NCBI GenBank assembly: GCA_017380635.1
Contig: JAFODP010000004.1
Span: forward strand, 86,828-150,827
Reading direction: 5' to 3'
Source of the DNA: Bacteroidales bacterium
Lineage (GTDB): Bacteria > Bacteroidota > Bacteroidia > Bacteroidales > UBA1402
Length of the DNA stretch: 64,000 nt
Within the stretch, counting starts at the first letter, position 1. Every line of letters starts with the position of its first letter. Under the pieces are notes generated by a model. That model was not told where the DNA came from. It made no database searches and saw nothing but the letters and a program-made list of their open reading frames with translations. A program made the position numbers and the translations under genes. Shown here one piece after another: positions 34,672 through 43,677 of this stretch.

Positions 34672-35790
34672 TTATTGACGATTGATACTGATTTTCGTTA
34701 TCTCTTCCTGCTCATCGGCCTTCATTTGCAGCACGACGGCATCGCCTAGTGGCGGCGAGACAAAGTTAAGCACTTCCTCATAAAGGCCGCTCTGCGTTTG
34801 GCCTTTATTTAACATACCCACCATTCGACTGGCAGCATCATACACACGAAACGTAATGCTGCAAGTCTGTTGCAACTCGTAATGAAGCTGCAAGCCCGTC
34901 TTGTCTTCCGTCACCCTTGCCGTCATTATTATCGGGAATGGCTCTTCCTGCATCTCTTGCGGTGCCGGCATCGTCTGTTGTTCCCTTATGGCTTCGTTGA
35001 CGCTGTCGCAAGGCAGATCGTAGGCCTGATCCATGGGTGCATAGCGGAAGGCCGTGGCAAACAAAAGTTCTTTTTCCCCTTGACGGATACGGCCGCTCTC
35101 GTAACTTTCCATCACCGGATAGCGATAACCCCACACATACCACCGATACACATCTTCGTACTTGACATTCAACGTATCTCTCTCCAAAACGGCTTTTACA
35201 CTATCTTCTTGGCTTATATTCATTGACAACGCATCTTTGCCTACCTTCTGTACATACTCACCGTAGCGATGTACCCGGAGCACGTTGTCCAAAGTATCTT
35301 CGCCCAGCACCATGCGTCCTTTAGCATCTGCCATGGTATAGCTATAGCCGCTCATGCTCATATGCAGGCGCTCGCCGTACAGTCCCCGCATGGCATAATA
35401 GCCGAAAATACTGTCTCCATACGAAAAAGGATAAGTGAGCTCGCATCGGGCAAGGAGTGATTGCATACGGGTTGTCCTGTTCTCAAAGCCCGTACACATA
35501 AGACTGTCCGAATGTATCTTATAAAAATACAGGCTGCCATGTTCTATGCTCACCAGACTATCTTCCACCACTCCGCAGTCTCGTCTGTAAGTTCTGTCCG
35601 ATGAAACTTCCGTGGGGCATTCCCAGATCAAGTTCTCGCCCCGTTCACCGGCCGGCACAAAGGGTATCTGCTGTTTATACAGGTAGTCTCCGTTTCGCAT
35701 CATATTGCCCTGTCGGGTGAGCTCGTGCTGTGCAAGGGATGATAACACGGCACACACGCACATGGCGGTTATTATCATTGGCTTTTTCAT
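34672..35790 (-). CDS. Secreted 372-aa hypothetical protein with a T9SS-CTD-like C-terminus
   Basis: Start taken at MKKPMIITAMCVCAVLSSLAQ (ATG at 35790), 1 nt after the upstream stop. Other in-frame ATGs at 35802 and 35826 are possible. The last approx 70 aa (LQLHYELQQTCSITFRVYDAASRMVGMLNKGQTQSGLYEEVLNFVSPPLGDAVVLQMKADEQEEITKISI) follow the beta-sandwich pattern of Por secretion tails. Confidence 0.7.
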   Translation of the reverse strand: MKKPMIITAMCVCAVLSSLAQHELTRQGNMMRNGDYLYKQQIPFVPAGERGENLIWECPTEVSSDRTYRRDCGVVEDSLVSIEHGSLYFYKIHSDSLMCTGFENRTTRMQSLLARCELTYPFSYGDSIFGYYAMRGLYGERLHMSMSGYSYTMADAKGRMVLGEDTLDNVLRVHRYGEYVQKVGKDALSMNISQEDSVKAVLERDTLNVKYEDVYRWYVWGYRYPVMESYESGRIRQGEKELLFATAFRYAPMDQAYDLPCDSVNEAIREQQTMPAPQEMQEEPFPIIMTARVTEDKTGLQLHYELQQTCSITFRVYDAASRMVGMLNKGQTQSGLYEEVLNFVSPPLGDAVVLQMKADEQEEITKISINRQ

Positions 35791-35791
35791 A

Positions 35792-38746
35792 TTATTCCTC
35801 ATGTGGGTGTTTATAATTGTAATCAAAAGTCTTTATGATACCTTGTGCATCACGGATGACAGATAGTTTGCCATCGTCGTGATAATCGTAATAGAGCGTA
35901 TAGCCGTTCTCGTTGGTGATGGCCGTGGGACCGAACAAGGGGCGATACACATAGGTGGTCAACAATACATTCTTATTGGCAAGAGCCGTGCGCAAGTTGA
36001 CAAGATGATTTCCCATTTCGGATGAATCATCACAGCTTTCTATGCTCGTCAGCAGCGACTCCAATCCCCAGGCCGTTCTCAGGCGTTCATGACTCACTCC
36101 CTTTATTTGTGCCACGGGATATTGTGAATGATAACCCCACACCAGCGCCACCGTATCTGTGGCATTCTCCACCAGCGTCAGGATATTACCCTTATTGTCG
36201 TATCGGGCAAAATGTATATCCTCTTCCAAGGGATTTCCTTGCAGGGCGCTTCTTATGGATTTCGGATAAAACCAATCCGTCTCTCCATTATACACATAAT
36301 CAATGGCTTTTGTCGACAACAGATTGTCGTTGCAATAATATCTCTCGCCCACCACCTGATCCAGCATTCCATAATCGTTTGCCATCGAATCGTACAAATC
36401 ATCCGTCCTATCTATGGTATATTCGTAGTCCGTCCTATATACCTTACCATCACTGCCTGTCCGTGTGACGCTCTTGGGCTTGAGATTTCTATACAGACTG
36501 TCGTAGGTGAAACTTTCCACACTGCTCACTCCCGTCACATTGTCCGTCACCGTCCTGCTCTTCAACAAACACACCGACGAGTGAGCTAGGACTTGGGCAT
36601 GGGGTATGGCAGTACTGTCTACAACATATGAACTCAATGGAAGAATCTCTCCAAATTCAGTTCCAATCGTATAAATACACATAACCTCGTTACCCACTTC
36701 GTATGATTTAACGCTCTTCGATTCGTATTCATAAGATTCTGTCTGCAACAAAAGACCTGTCTTGTCATAAATCTTTTTGGATTCAAGATAAGGACGAGCA
36801 TATCCCTCATCATTTAAATTGCTTGGAGATAAAAGAGGATTATCTAACTTTAACGTTCCAATATACTTAACAAAATTCCCAGGGAGATATTCATAACAAA
36901 TAGTTCCCTCATTATCAACCTCTCTAATGGTTTCATAAAACACAGGGCTACCGCTATTATCACTCAAAGGTAATATTGGATCTGCCAAACACATTGTTCT
37001 TTCACATAAAATAGTTGAGTCTAAAATTGTTATATAATGATGATAAACCTTGTATCTCATCATAAACTCTGGTGGATCGTGTGTAACATACCCCCAATCA
37101 TAATAATAATTCTTTATCCTTGATTTTCCATCATTTGCAGAAGAACTGATACGCTTTATCCGCAAGCCGCCAACGGTATGTCCATTTATGACATTGGGCT
37201 CGTAAACAAATCCCGTTGATCCTCCCGTGGGAAATGTAATGGATTTCAGAACACCCGTCTTTGCATATTCAAAATTCGGATTCTTATTTGCTGTATTTTC
37301 CAGCCAATGCTCTTTAGAAGAAAAGTGATGACCATTATCTACAAGGGAATCGATAATCGGTCTTATGACATCTACGGATACATAATTCTGGCTCTCTGTT
37401 CCATTCCAATATCCCCAATAGTCCGTACGAGACCTATGTCTTGCCACATTTCCATCCAATCCCTTTTCTTTCAGGTAATACGAAGGAAGCTGTCGGGATG
37501 TATCATAAGCGAATGAATACAGCCCTTCCGTTGATACCGAAAGTCCACGCAAGAGCATTCTGTAATTATCCAAATCTCGCCCCAAGTAATAATCATTGTC
37601 GAAGGAAATCGTCTTTACTATCTCACCTTGAAAATCTCTAACCTCCATCTTTGTCAATCGAATGGGGAGATGATCTCTTCGTTCCGTCGAATAAGAAAAA
37701 TCTATTCGATTTCCATTCCACCTTATACATTTTAAGATAGGTATGTTATATAGATACTGTATTGATTTTTTCTGTGGTTTTGCTTTATACCCCTCACTTA
37801 AACTTATCATTAGATCATCTGGATCAAGTTCTTCTTCATAATCCTCATCGGGATAAATATTCACAATTGTTGCTTCCCTAAAATACCCCAATTCCATTGA
37901 TTCTGATAATGCATAGGCATAATGATAATAGCACTTTTTATCATATTCAAAAGTTATATTACCATTCGGGGTTTGAATCTCAGAAAGATACCACGATGAT
38001 ATTTCTGTTAAGGTTTCCTCGTTAGTCGGGCCCACATATTCTTTATCCTGAAAGATGTAAACTATCCCATCAGTGTCCAAGATATAAAATTCGCTATTTT
38101 CACCCCTTGACACATAAATATATAGTGGATCTGCATTAAGCGTAACAAAACTGTTATCCTTATGCGAGTATCGAAGAACACCCGACTTATTGCCGAATTT
38201 ATAACAATACCTGTCCGATTGAACATCATATTTGGAATTGGTATTGAAGGTTTCTTCTGCAATTGCCCCTTGATTGATAATAGTCAATAATCTATCAAAA
38301 TTTAAACCTCCGGAACTTTGCATCTGTTCTATCAACGTATGCAGTTCCGCATAAGAATGATACAAAGTGTCTCTATCTGTCGCTTGACTTAATCTCAAAT
38401 CGGGCGCGCCATGTATGGTTCGCGTTACAACACCGCCTGCATTCAGCACCCAGCCAAGCCCCACCGTCGAGGCCACATCGTCCACACGTATTCCCGATGC
38501 ATGATACGAAATGGATATCGGCAAATGATAATCGCCCAACTGAATGTCGTACAAGGGAATTTCAATCTTTGGAACACCTGTCGTGTGTCCTACCGGATAT
38601 TCTCCGTAACGCGCCAAAGCCGCCGCCTCAGGCGAAGGAGGGACGACCCGATTCAATATCGATATGCTCGATGCTTCTTCCTGCGAATGTAGCAAAGGAC
38701 AAACCGACAAAAGCAACAAACTGATAATCAGAATTCGTTTCATCAT
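35792..38746 (-). CDS. Secreted 984-aa protein with an SpvB/TcB-like N-terminal motif and C-terminal YD repeats
   Basis: Signal peptide MMKRILIISLLLLSVCPLLHSQ. The stretch YGEYPVGHTTGVPKIEIPLYDIQLGDYHLPISISYHASGIRVDDVASTVGLGWVLNAGGVVTRTIHGAPD follows the SpvB/TcaC N-terminal pattern (G..IP...LP.SLSY.S....G.GW.L....I.R...G.PD). YD-type repeats sit near the C-terminus (DGKVYRTDYEY, YDYHDDGKLSVIRDAQG). Assignment rests on pattern only. Confidence 0.65.
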   Translation of the reverse strand: MMKRILIISLLLLSVCPLLHSQEEASSISILNRVVPPSPEAAALARYGEYPVGHTTGVPKIEIPLYDIQLGDYHLPISISYHASGIRVDDVASTVGLGWVLNAGGVVTRTIHGAPDLRLSQATDRDTLYHSYAELHTLIEQMQSSGGLNFDRLLTIINQGAIAEETFNTNSKYDVQSDRYCYKFGNKSGVLRYSHKDNSFVTLNADPLYIYVSRGENSEFYILDTDGIVYIFQDKEYVGPTNEETLTEISSWYLSEIQTPNGNITFEYDKKCYYHYAYALSESMELGYFREATIVNIYPDEDYEEELDPDDLMISLSEGYKAKPQKKSIQYLYNIPILKCIRWNGNRIDFSYSTERRDHLPIRLTKMEVRDFQGEIVKTISFDNDYYLGRDLDNYRMLLRGLSVSTEGLYSFAYDTSRQLPSYYLKEKGLDGNVARHRSRTDYWGYWNGTESQNYVSVDVIRPIIDSLVDNGHHFSSKEHWLENTANKNPNFEYAKTGVLKSITFPTGGSTGFVYEPNVINGHTVGGLRIKRISSSANDGKSRIKNYYYDWGYVTHDPPEFMMRYKVYHHYITILDSTILCERTMCLADPILPLSDNSGSPVFYETIREVDNEGTICYEYLPGNFVKYIGTLKLDNPLLSPSNLNDEGYARPYLESKKIYDKTGLLLQTESYEYESKSVKSYEVGNEVMCIYTIGTEFGEILPLSSYVVDSTAIPHAQVLAHSSVCLLKSRTVTDNVTGVSSVESFTYDSLYRNLKPKSVTRTGSDGKVYRTDYEYTIDRTDDLYDSMANDYGMLDQVVGERYYCNDNLLSTKAIDYVYNGETDWFYPKSIRSALQGNPLEEDIHFARYDNKGNILTLVENATDTVALVWGYHSQYPVAQIKGVSHERLRTAWGLESLLTSIESCDDSSEMGNHLVNLRTALANKNVLLTTYVYRPLFGPTAITNENGYTLYYDYHDDGKLSVIRDAQGIIKTFDYNYKHPHEE

Positions 38747-38836
38747 ATTTTAAGAATTTTTCACAAAGATAGAAACCTTATTTATTTTTTTCCCTCCTGC
38801 ACAATAAAAACGCCATTTTGCAGTTTATATAATCCC

Positions 38837-39805
38837 ATGGAGAAAATAAAACGATATATCATTATAATAGGTATTGCGATGTTGACGAATCTGCCGCAGC
38901 TGATGGCGCAATTCGACGGACAACTGACGCAATATATGCTGAACGCGGCAGCCTTCAATCCGGGCGGCATCGCCTTGAACAGCGACATGAACGTCCATCT
39001 GCATTTTCGCGAACAATGGACCGGTTTCGAGAACGCACCCAGCACTTTCAATCTGCAAGCCAATATGCCCGTCCGCATGGGCGAAAAAGTGAACGGCATC
39101 GGTCTGTTGATGGTGAACGAAAGCATCGGTCTGTTCAAAACTCAGTGGTTTCAAGCACAATACGCGCATAAATTCAAACTTTGGCAAGGCACGCTCAGCG
39201 CCGGTGTGCAAGGCGGACTCCTACAACAAAACTTCGATGCTTCGGGCATTTACATTCCCTCGGGCGATGGTTTCAGCCAAAGCGACGCTTCCATTCCCGA
39301 CGGCGATTTGGAAGGCATGATTCCCGATGTGAGCTTGGGTCTTTGGTACACGCGCGGCCCTTGGTATGCCGGACTTTCCTGCTCGCACCTCATTGGCGGT
39401 AAACTGAAACTGAATCCCGAAGAGAGTACCGAAGAGGAAGACGTGGCCACCATGCGCGTGAGCCAAACAATTTATTTTACCGGCGGATACAATATTTCGT
39501 TGAAGAATCCGTTATTCACCCTACAGCCCTCATTCTTGCTGAAGAGTGATTTCGTGGCCTGGCAAGCAGATTTGGCGGCTATCTTGCATTACAACAAGCA
39601 GTTTTGGGGCGGCGTCGATTGGCGCCCGGGTAGCGATCTTGGCTTTTTGGTGGGCATGAACTTCGAGTTCGGACTGAGCATCGGTTATTCCTTCGATGTC
39701 TCCATGCAACAGGCCACCGGCTCGCACGAAGTGATGATTGGCTATCGCAAGAAAATAGATACAAGTAAGATTAATAAGCAACAGAAAAGTATACGATTGT
39801 TATGA
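38837..39805 (+). CDS. porP: T9SS membrane protein PorP/SprF
   Basis: 322 aa. N-terminus AQFDGQLTQYMLNAAAFNPGGIA is typical of PorP/SprF. It comes first in the porPKLMN order. Confidence 0.85.
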   Translation: MEKIKRYIIIIGIAMLTNLPQLMAQFDGQLTQYMLNAAAFNPGGIALNSDMNVHLHFREQWTGFENAPSTFNLQANMPVRMGEKVNGIGLLMVNESIGLFKTQWFQAQYAHKFKLWQGTLSAGVQGGLLQQNFDASGIYIPSGDGFSQSDASIPDGDLEGMIPDVSLGLWYTRGPWYAGLSCSHLIGGKLKLNPEESTEEEDVATMRVSQTIYFTGGYNISLKNPLFTLQPSFLLKSDFVAWQADLAAILHYNKQFWGGVDWRPGSDLGFLVGMNFEFGLSIGYSFDVSMQQATGSHEVMIGYRKKIDTSKINKQQKSIRLL

Positions 39806-41220
39806 AAAGAAAATTCTTAGGTTGGAGCACGTTCATCTTGGCAAGCCTTTTGCTGAGCGCTTGCGGTTCGTACGACAATGGCGAATTGACAGCCGTAAAG
39901 GTTTCTTCGTGGTCGGAGCCCAACCCTTACGGCATGGTGCTGATAAAACAAGGTTCTTTCGAAATGGGACAATCTGCGCCCGACAGCATCTGGGGCACCG
40001 AAACACCTGCCAAGCATGTATCGGTGGCATCATTCTGGATGGACGAAACCGAAATTACCAATGGTCAGTACAAGCAATTCATCAAGTGGGTGTGCGACTC
40101 CATCATCCGTGAAAAGTTGGCCGATCCGGCTTATGGCGGCAACGATGAATACAAAATCACCGAAAACGAATTGGGCGATCCCATCAAGCCTTACCTCAAC
40201 TGGAAATTGCCTATTCCCGATCGTCGTCGTGCCAGCGAAGAAGAACTTACTGCGCTGAATTATTTCATGGAAGCCGATCCTATTTTCGGAGGTTATCGTA
40301 CGAAAACAGAATTGATTACCTATCGTTATGAATGGTACGATTACGAACAGGCTGCCAAGCGTGCGCATCAGTTGGATATCGCCAAGCGCGTGCGCAATAC
40401 CGACATCGACCTGAACACTTTGCCCGAAGTGATGATTACCAAAGACACGGCTTATTACGACGAAAACGGTCGCATCGTGCGCGAAAGCATCACCCGTCCG
40501 CTTGGTTCGGAATTCGACTTTTTGAACACTTACATCGTGGAAATTTATCCCGACACCACTGTTTGGGTAAACGATTTCGAAAACAGTTACGCCATTCCTT
40601 ATATGAAGAATTACTTCTCGCATCCGGGCTATGTGGCTCATCCTGTGGTGGGTGTTTCTTGGGAACAAGCGCGTGCTTTCTGCCATTGGCGTACGCAATA
40701 TCTGAATGCGGTGCTGAAACCTCGTGGTCAGGAAGTGTTGGAATATCGTCTGCCTACCGAAGCTGAATGGGAATATGCCGCCCGCGGTAAACAAGCCCAG
40801 GCCCGCTTTCCTTGGAAAGGCAATTACGCTGATACAGAGAGAGGTTGCTATTATGCCAACTTCAAGCCTCAAAAAGGTAATTTCACCAAAGACGGCAGCC
40901 TGATTCCTTCGAAAGTTGCCTCTTTCCCCGCCAACGATTATGGCTTGTACGACATGGCCGGCAATGTTTCCGAATGGACCTCAACTACTTGGAGCGCATC
41001 GGCTTACGAAGAAATGAGCGACATCAACCCCGAATACAATTATCGTACTTATTCTAACGAGCCTTACCTCACCAAACGCAAAGTGGTGCGCGGTGGTTCG
41101 TGGAAAGATGCTGCCCAATTCATCCAAGTAAACACCCGCAGTTACGAATATCAGAACGAAACGCGCTCGTACATCGGTTTCCGTTGCGTGCGCAGCCAAA
41201 TTGCCGGTGGAAATCAATAA
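39802..41220 (+). CDS. porK: T9SS lipoprotein PorK/GldK (FGE-sulfatase/SUMF1 fold)
   Basis: 472 aa. Lipobox LLLSAC. SUMF1-like motifs GSFEMGQ, HPVVGVSWEQARAFCHWR, RVVRGGSW and GFRCV. Overlaps the porP stop by 4 nt. Confidence 0.9.
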   Translation: MKRKFLGWSTFILASLLLSACGSYDNGELTAVKVSSWSEPNPYGMVLIKQGSFEMGQSAPDSIWGTETPAKHVSVASFWMDETEITNGQYKQFIKWVCDSIIREKLADPAYGGNDEYKITENELGDPIKPYLNWKLPIPDRRRASEEELTALNYFMEADPIFGGYRTKTELITYRYEWYDYEQAAKRAHQLDIAKRVRNTDIDLNTLPEVMITKDTAYYDENGRIVRESITRPLGSEFDFLNTYIVEIYPDTTVWVNDFENSYAIPYMKNYFSHPGYVAHPVVGVSWEQARAFCHWRTQYLNAVLKPRGQEVLEYRLPTEAEWEYAARGKQAQARFPWKGNYADTERGCYYANFKPQKGNFTKDGSLIPSKVASFPANDYGLYDMAGNVSEWTSTTWSASAYEEMSDINPEYNYRTYSNEPYLTKRKVVRGGSWKDAAQFIQVNTRSYEYQNETRSYIGFRCVRSQIAGGNQ

Positions 41221-41244
41221 GTAAAACCTAACAACGAAGATATT

Positions 41245-42093
41245 ATGTCACAGAAGAAAGCTTCAAAATTCATAGAATTCCTGGCCAGTTATAAGGGCAA
41301 GGTTTTGTTCAACTTCTTTTACGGTTTCGGTGCCGCCATCGCCATTTTGGGAACACTCTTCAAGATTCTTCACTTGGACGGCGCCAATGCCATGTTGGCC
41401 ATCGGTTTGGGTACGGAAGTATTGATGTTTGCCATTTCGGCCTTCGAACCTCCTTTCCGCAATTATCATTGGGAAGAAGTATTTCCCGTGCTGAAAACCC
41501 GCAATCCGGAAGATATGCCCAATTTCTACGGCGACAGACCTGTCGGCACTGTGGTACAAGGTAGCGTTTATGCCGGTCCCGTGGGCGCTCCCGTGGTAAA
41601 TGCCGAACCCGCGATGTTCGATGAGCCTGCTGTGCAAACGCCTGTAACGAACACAAACGCAGTAACGAATACTTCGCCCGTGGTGAACGCTTCGCCTGTG
41701 GAAGTGCCGAGTTTCAATATTCCGCAAATCAATCTGAGCGAAGACGAAAGCAAATCTTTGGAAAACAGTTTGAAAGAATACGCCGAACAGATGAACACCC
41801 TGAACTTGCATCTGAAAGGTTTGAACACCATCTACGAAATTCAGTTGAAAGACATCAGTTCGCAGATTCACACCATCGACTGTATCAACCAAAGTTTGCT
41901 GAATATCAAGGCTATGTACGAAGGCTCTGCCAACGACAACGATCGTTTTGTAAAAGAAACGGAAGCCATGGCCGGCAATTTGTCGAGCCTGAACCAGATT
42001 TATGCCCGTATGTTGCAGGCCATGATGTCGGGACAAGCTTTCGGCAGCATGCCTCAAGGCAATCAACAGAACAACAACGAAACCTCTAACTAA
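41245..42093 (+). CDS. porL: T9SS motor component PorL/GldL
   Basis: 282 aa. Two N-terminal TM helices with the GldL signature FYGFGAAIAILGTLFKILHLDGANAMLAIGLGTEVLMFAISAFEP. Confidence 0.85.
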   Translation: MSQKKASKFIEFLASYKGKVLFNFFYGFGAAIAILGTLFKILHLDGANAMLAIGLGTEVLMFAISAFEPPFRNYHWEEVFPVLKTRNPEDMPNFYGDRPVGTVVQGSVYAGPVGAPVVNAEPAMFDEPAVQTPVTNTNAVTNTSPVVNASPVEVPSFNIPQINLSEDESKSLENSLKEYAEQMNTLNLHLKGLNTIYEIQLKDISSQIHTIDCINQSLLNIKAMYEGSANDNDRFVKETEAMAGNLSSLNQIYARMLQAMMSGQAFGSMPQGNQQNNNETSN

Positions 42094-42101
42094 TCTACCT
42101 T

Positions 42102-43667
42102 ATGGCAGCAAGTAACGCCCCCGAAACGCCCAGACAGAAAATGATCGGCCTGATGTATATCATGCTGCTCTGTATGTTGGCTCTGAACGTATCTTCGGAT
42201 GTGTTGGGTGGTTTCGAATTGGTTGAAGACAGTCTGCTTAGAAGTACCCAGAACTCGGAATCGCAGAACCAATCGCTGTACGCCGATCTGGAATATTCTT
42301 ACGGACAAAACCCCGAAAAGAGCGGTGAATGGTATCATCGTGCGCAGGAAGTGCGTGCCATGGCCGACTCCATGTATCAATATATCGAAGATCTCAAATG
42401 GGAAATCGCTCGCAAGGCCGACGGAAAAGATGCTGATATCTACAACATTAAAAGACGTGAAGACGTGAATGCGCCTGCTTTCGTGATGTTGCCTCCCACC
42501 GGCAAGAAAGGTCGTGAACTGGCCATCGCCATGGAAGATTTCCGCAACAGCATGACCACCATGATTACCGACAGCCTCAAGCAGAAAGTGATTATGGACA
42601 ACTTCAATACGCAGCCTTCCGAAAAAGCCGTGGCCCAAGGTCTCGATTGGGAAACTTCCATGTTCGACAATATGCCCGTGAGCGCCGTACTGACTTTCTT
42701 CTCGAAATTGCAGAACGACATCCGTTACGCCGAAGGCGAAGTGCTTCACACGCTTAGCAGCAACATCGACGTGGGCGACTTCCGCGTGAACCAGATCAAG
42801 GCTTACGTTATTCCCAATTCGCAGAACATTGTGCGCGGCAACACTTATCGCGCCAACATCGTGCTTTCGGCCGAAGACTCTACGCAACGTCCGCATATTT
42901 TCGTGAACGGTCAGGAATTACCCATGGACAAGAATGGACTTTTCGAAGTGTACACCAACAAAACCGGCACTTTCCCCGTGCAGGGTCGCATCGATTTGCA
43001 ACACGGAGACGGCAGCGTACGCAGCTACACTTTCGACGAACAATACACCGTGGTGGAACCTACCGCCACCGTTTCTAACACAATGATGAACGTGCTGTAT
43101 GCCGGTATCGAAAACAACCTGAGTATTTCTGTGCCAGGCGTTCCCGGCAACATGGTACAAGCTTCGGTGAATAATGGAACGCTCAAACGTGCCGGCAACG
43201 GATGGGTAGCCACTCCCGCCGACATCAACCGAGAATGCGTGGTAACGGTGAATGCCGTGATGGATGGTCGTACGCAGAATGTGGCCAAGATTCCTTTCCG
43301 TGTTCGCCCGCTTCCCGAACCTCGCGCCTTCATCGAATACACCGATGCCAATGGCGTGGTACGCAAATATCGCGGCGGCACCGGTTTCGCCAAAAAGAAC
43401 ATCATGGATGCGCCCGGCATCATCGCTGCGCTCGACGACGATTTGTTGGATGTGCCTTTCACCGTATTATCTTTTGAAACACTCATTTACGACTCGATGG
43501 GCAACACCAACGTGGAAGTGTCGCAAGGCGCCAACTTCTCGCAACGTCAGAAATCGCAGATCAGAGCTTTGGGACGCGGCAAGCGTTTCTTCATCTCGCG
43601 CATCAAGGTGGTGGGTCCCGACAAAATCGAACAGACGCTCTCGCCGATGGAAATCATTATCAACTAA
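42102..43667 (+). CDS. porM: T9SS PorM/GldM
   Basis: 521 aa. N-terminus PRQKMIGLMYIMLLCMLALNVSSDVL is the GldM signature. The rest is a long periplasmic domain. Confidence 0.85.
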   Translation: MAASNAPETPRQKMIGLMYIMLLCMLALNVSSDVLGGFELVEDSLLRSTQNSESQNQSLYADLEYSYGQNPEKSGEWYHRAQEVRAMADSMYQYIEDLKWEIARKADGKDADIYNIKRREDVNAPAFVMLPPTGKKGRELAIAMEDFRNSMTTMITDSLKQKVIMDNFNTQPSEKAVAQGLDWETSMFDNMPVSAVLTFFSKLQNDIRYAEGEVLHTLSSNIDVGDFRVNQIKAYVIPNSQNIVRGNTYRANIVLSAEDSTQRPHIFVNGQELPMDKNGLFEVYTNKTGTFPVQGRIDLQHGDGSVRSYTFDEQYTVVEPTATVSNTMMNVLYAGIENNLSISVPGVPGNMVQASVNNGTLKRAGNGWVATPADINRECVVTVNAVMDGRTQNVAKIPFRVRPLPEPRAFIEYTDANGVVRKYRGGTGFAKKNIMDAPGIIAALDDDLLDVPFTVLSFETLIYDSMGNTNVEVSQGANFSQRQKSQIRALGRGKRFFISRIKVVGPDKIEQTLSPMEIIIN

Positions 43668-43677
43668 GCTATTCCTT

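Noticed and set aside
28489-38746. The island as a T6SS effector locus, or as a mobile element (ICE, transposon or prophage).
   Set aside because: There are no PAAR, VgrG, Hcp or Tss genes, and the Rhs protein carries a Sec signal peptide instead. I found no integrase, transposase, tRNA attachment site or convincing flanking direct repeats; only T-rich stretches occur at both ends.
43264-43677. N-terminal extensions of ORF-track entries: porN from 43264, the DUF5683 gene from 5998, the hydrolase from 59502, alaS to 13608, GH28 to 23719 and nadA to 56606.
   Set aside because: The extensions overlap the preceding gene or contain no signal. In-frame downstream ATGs give proper signal peptides or canonical family N-termini, so I used the shorter coordinates.
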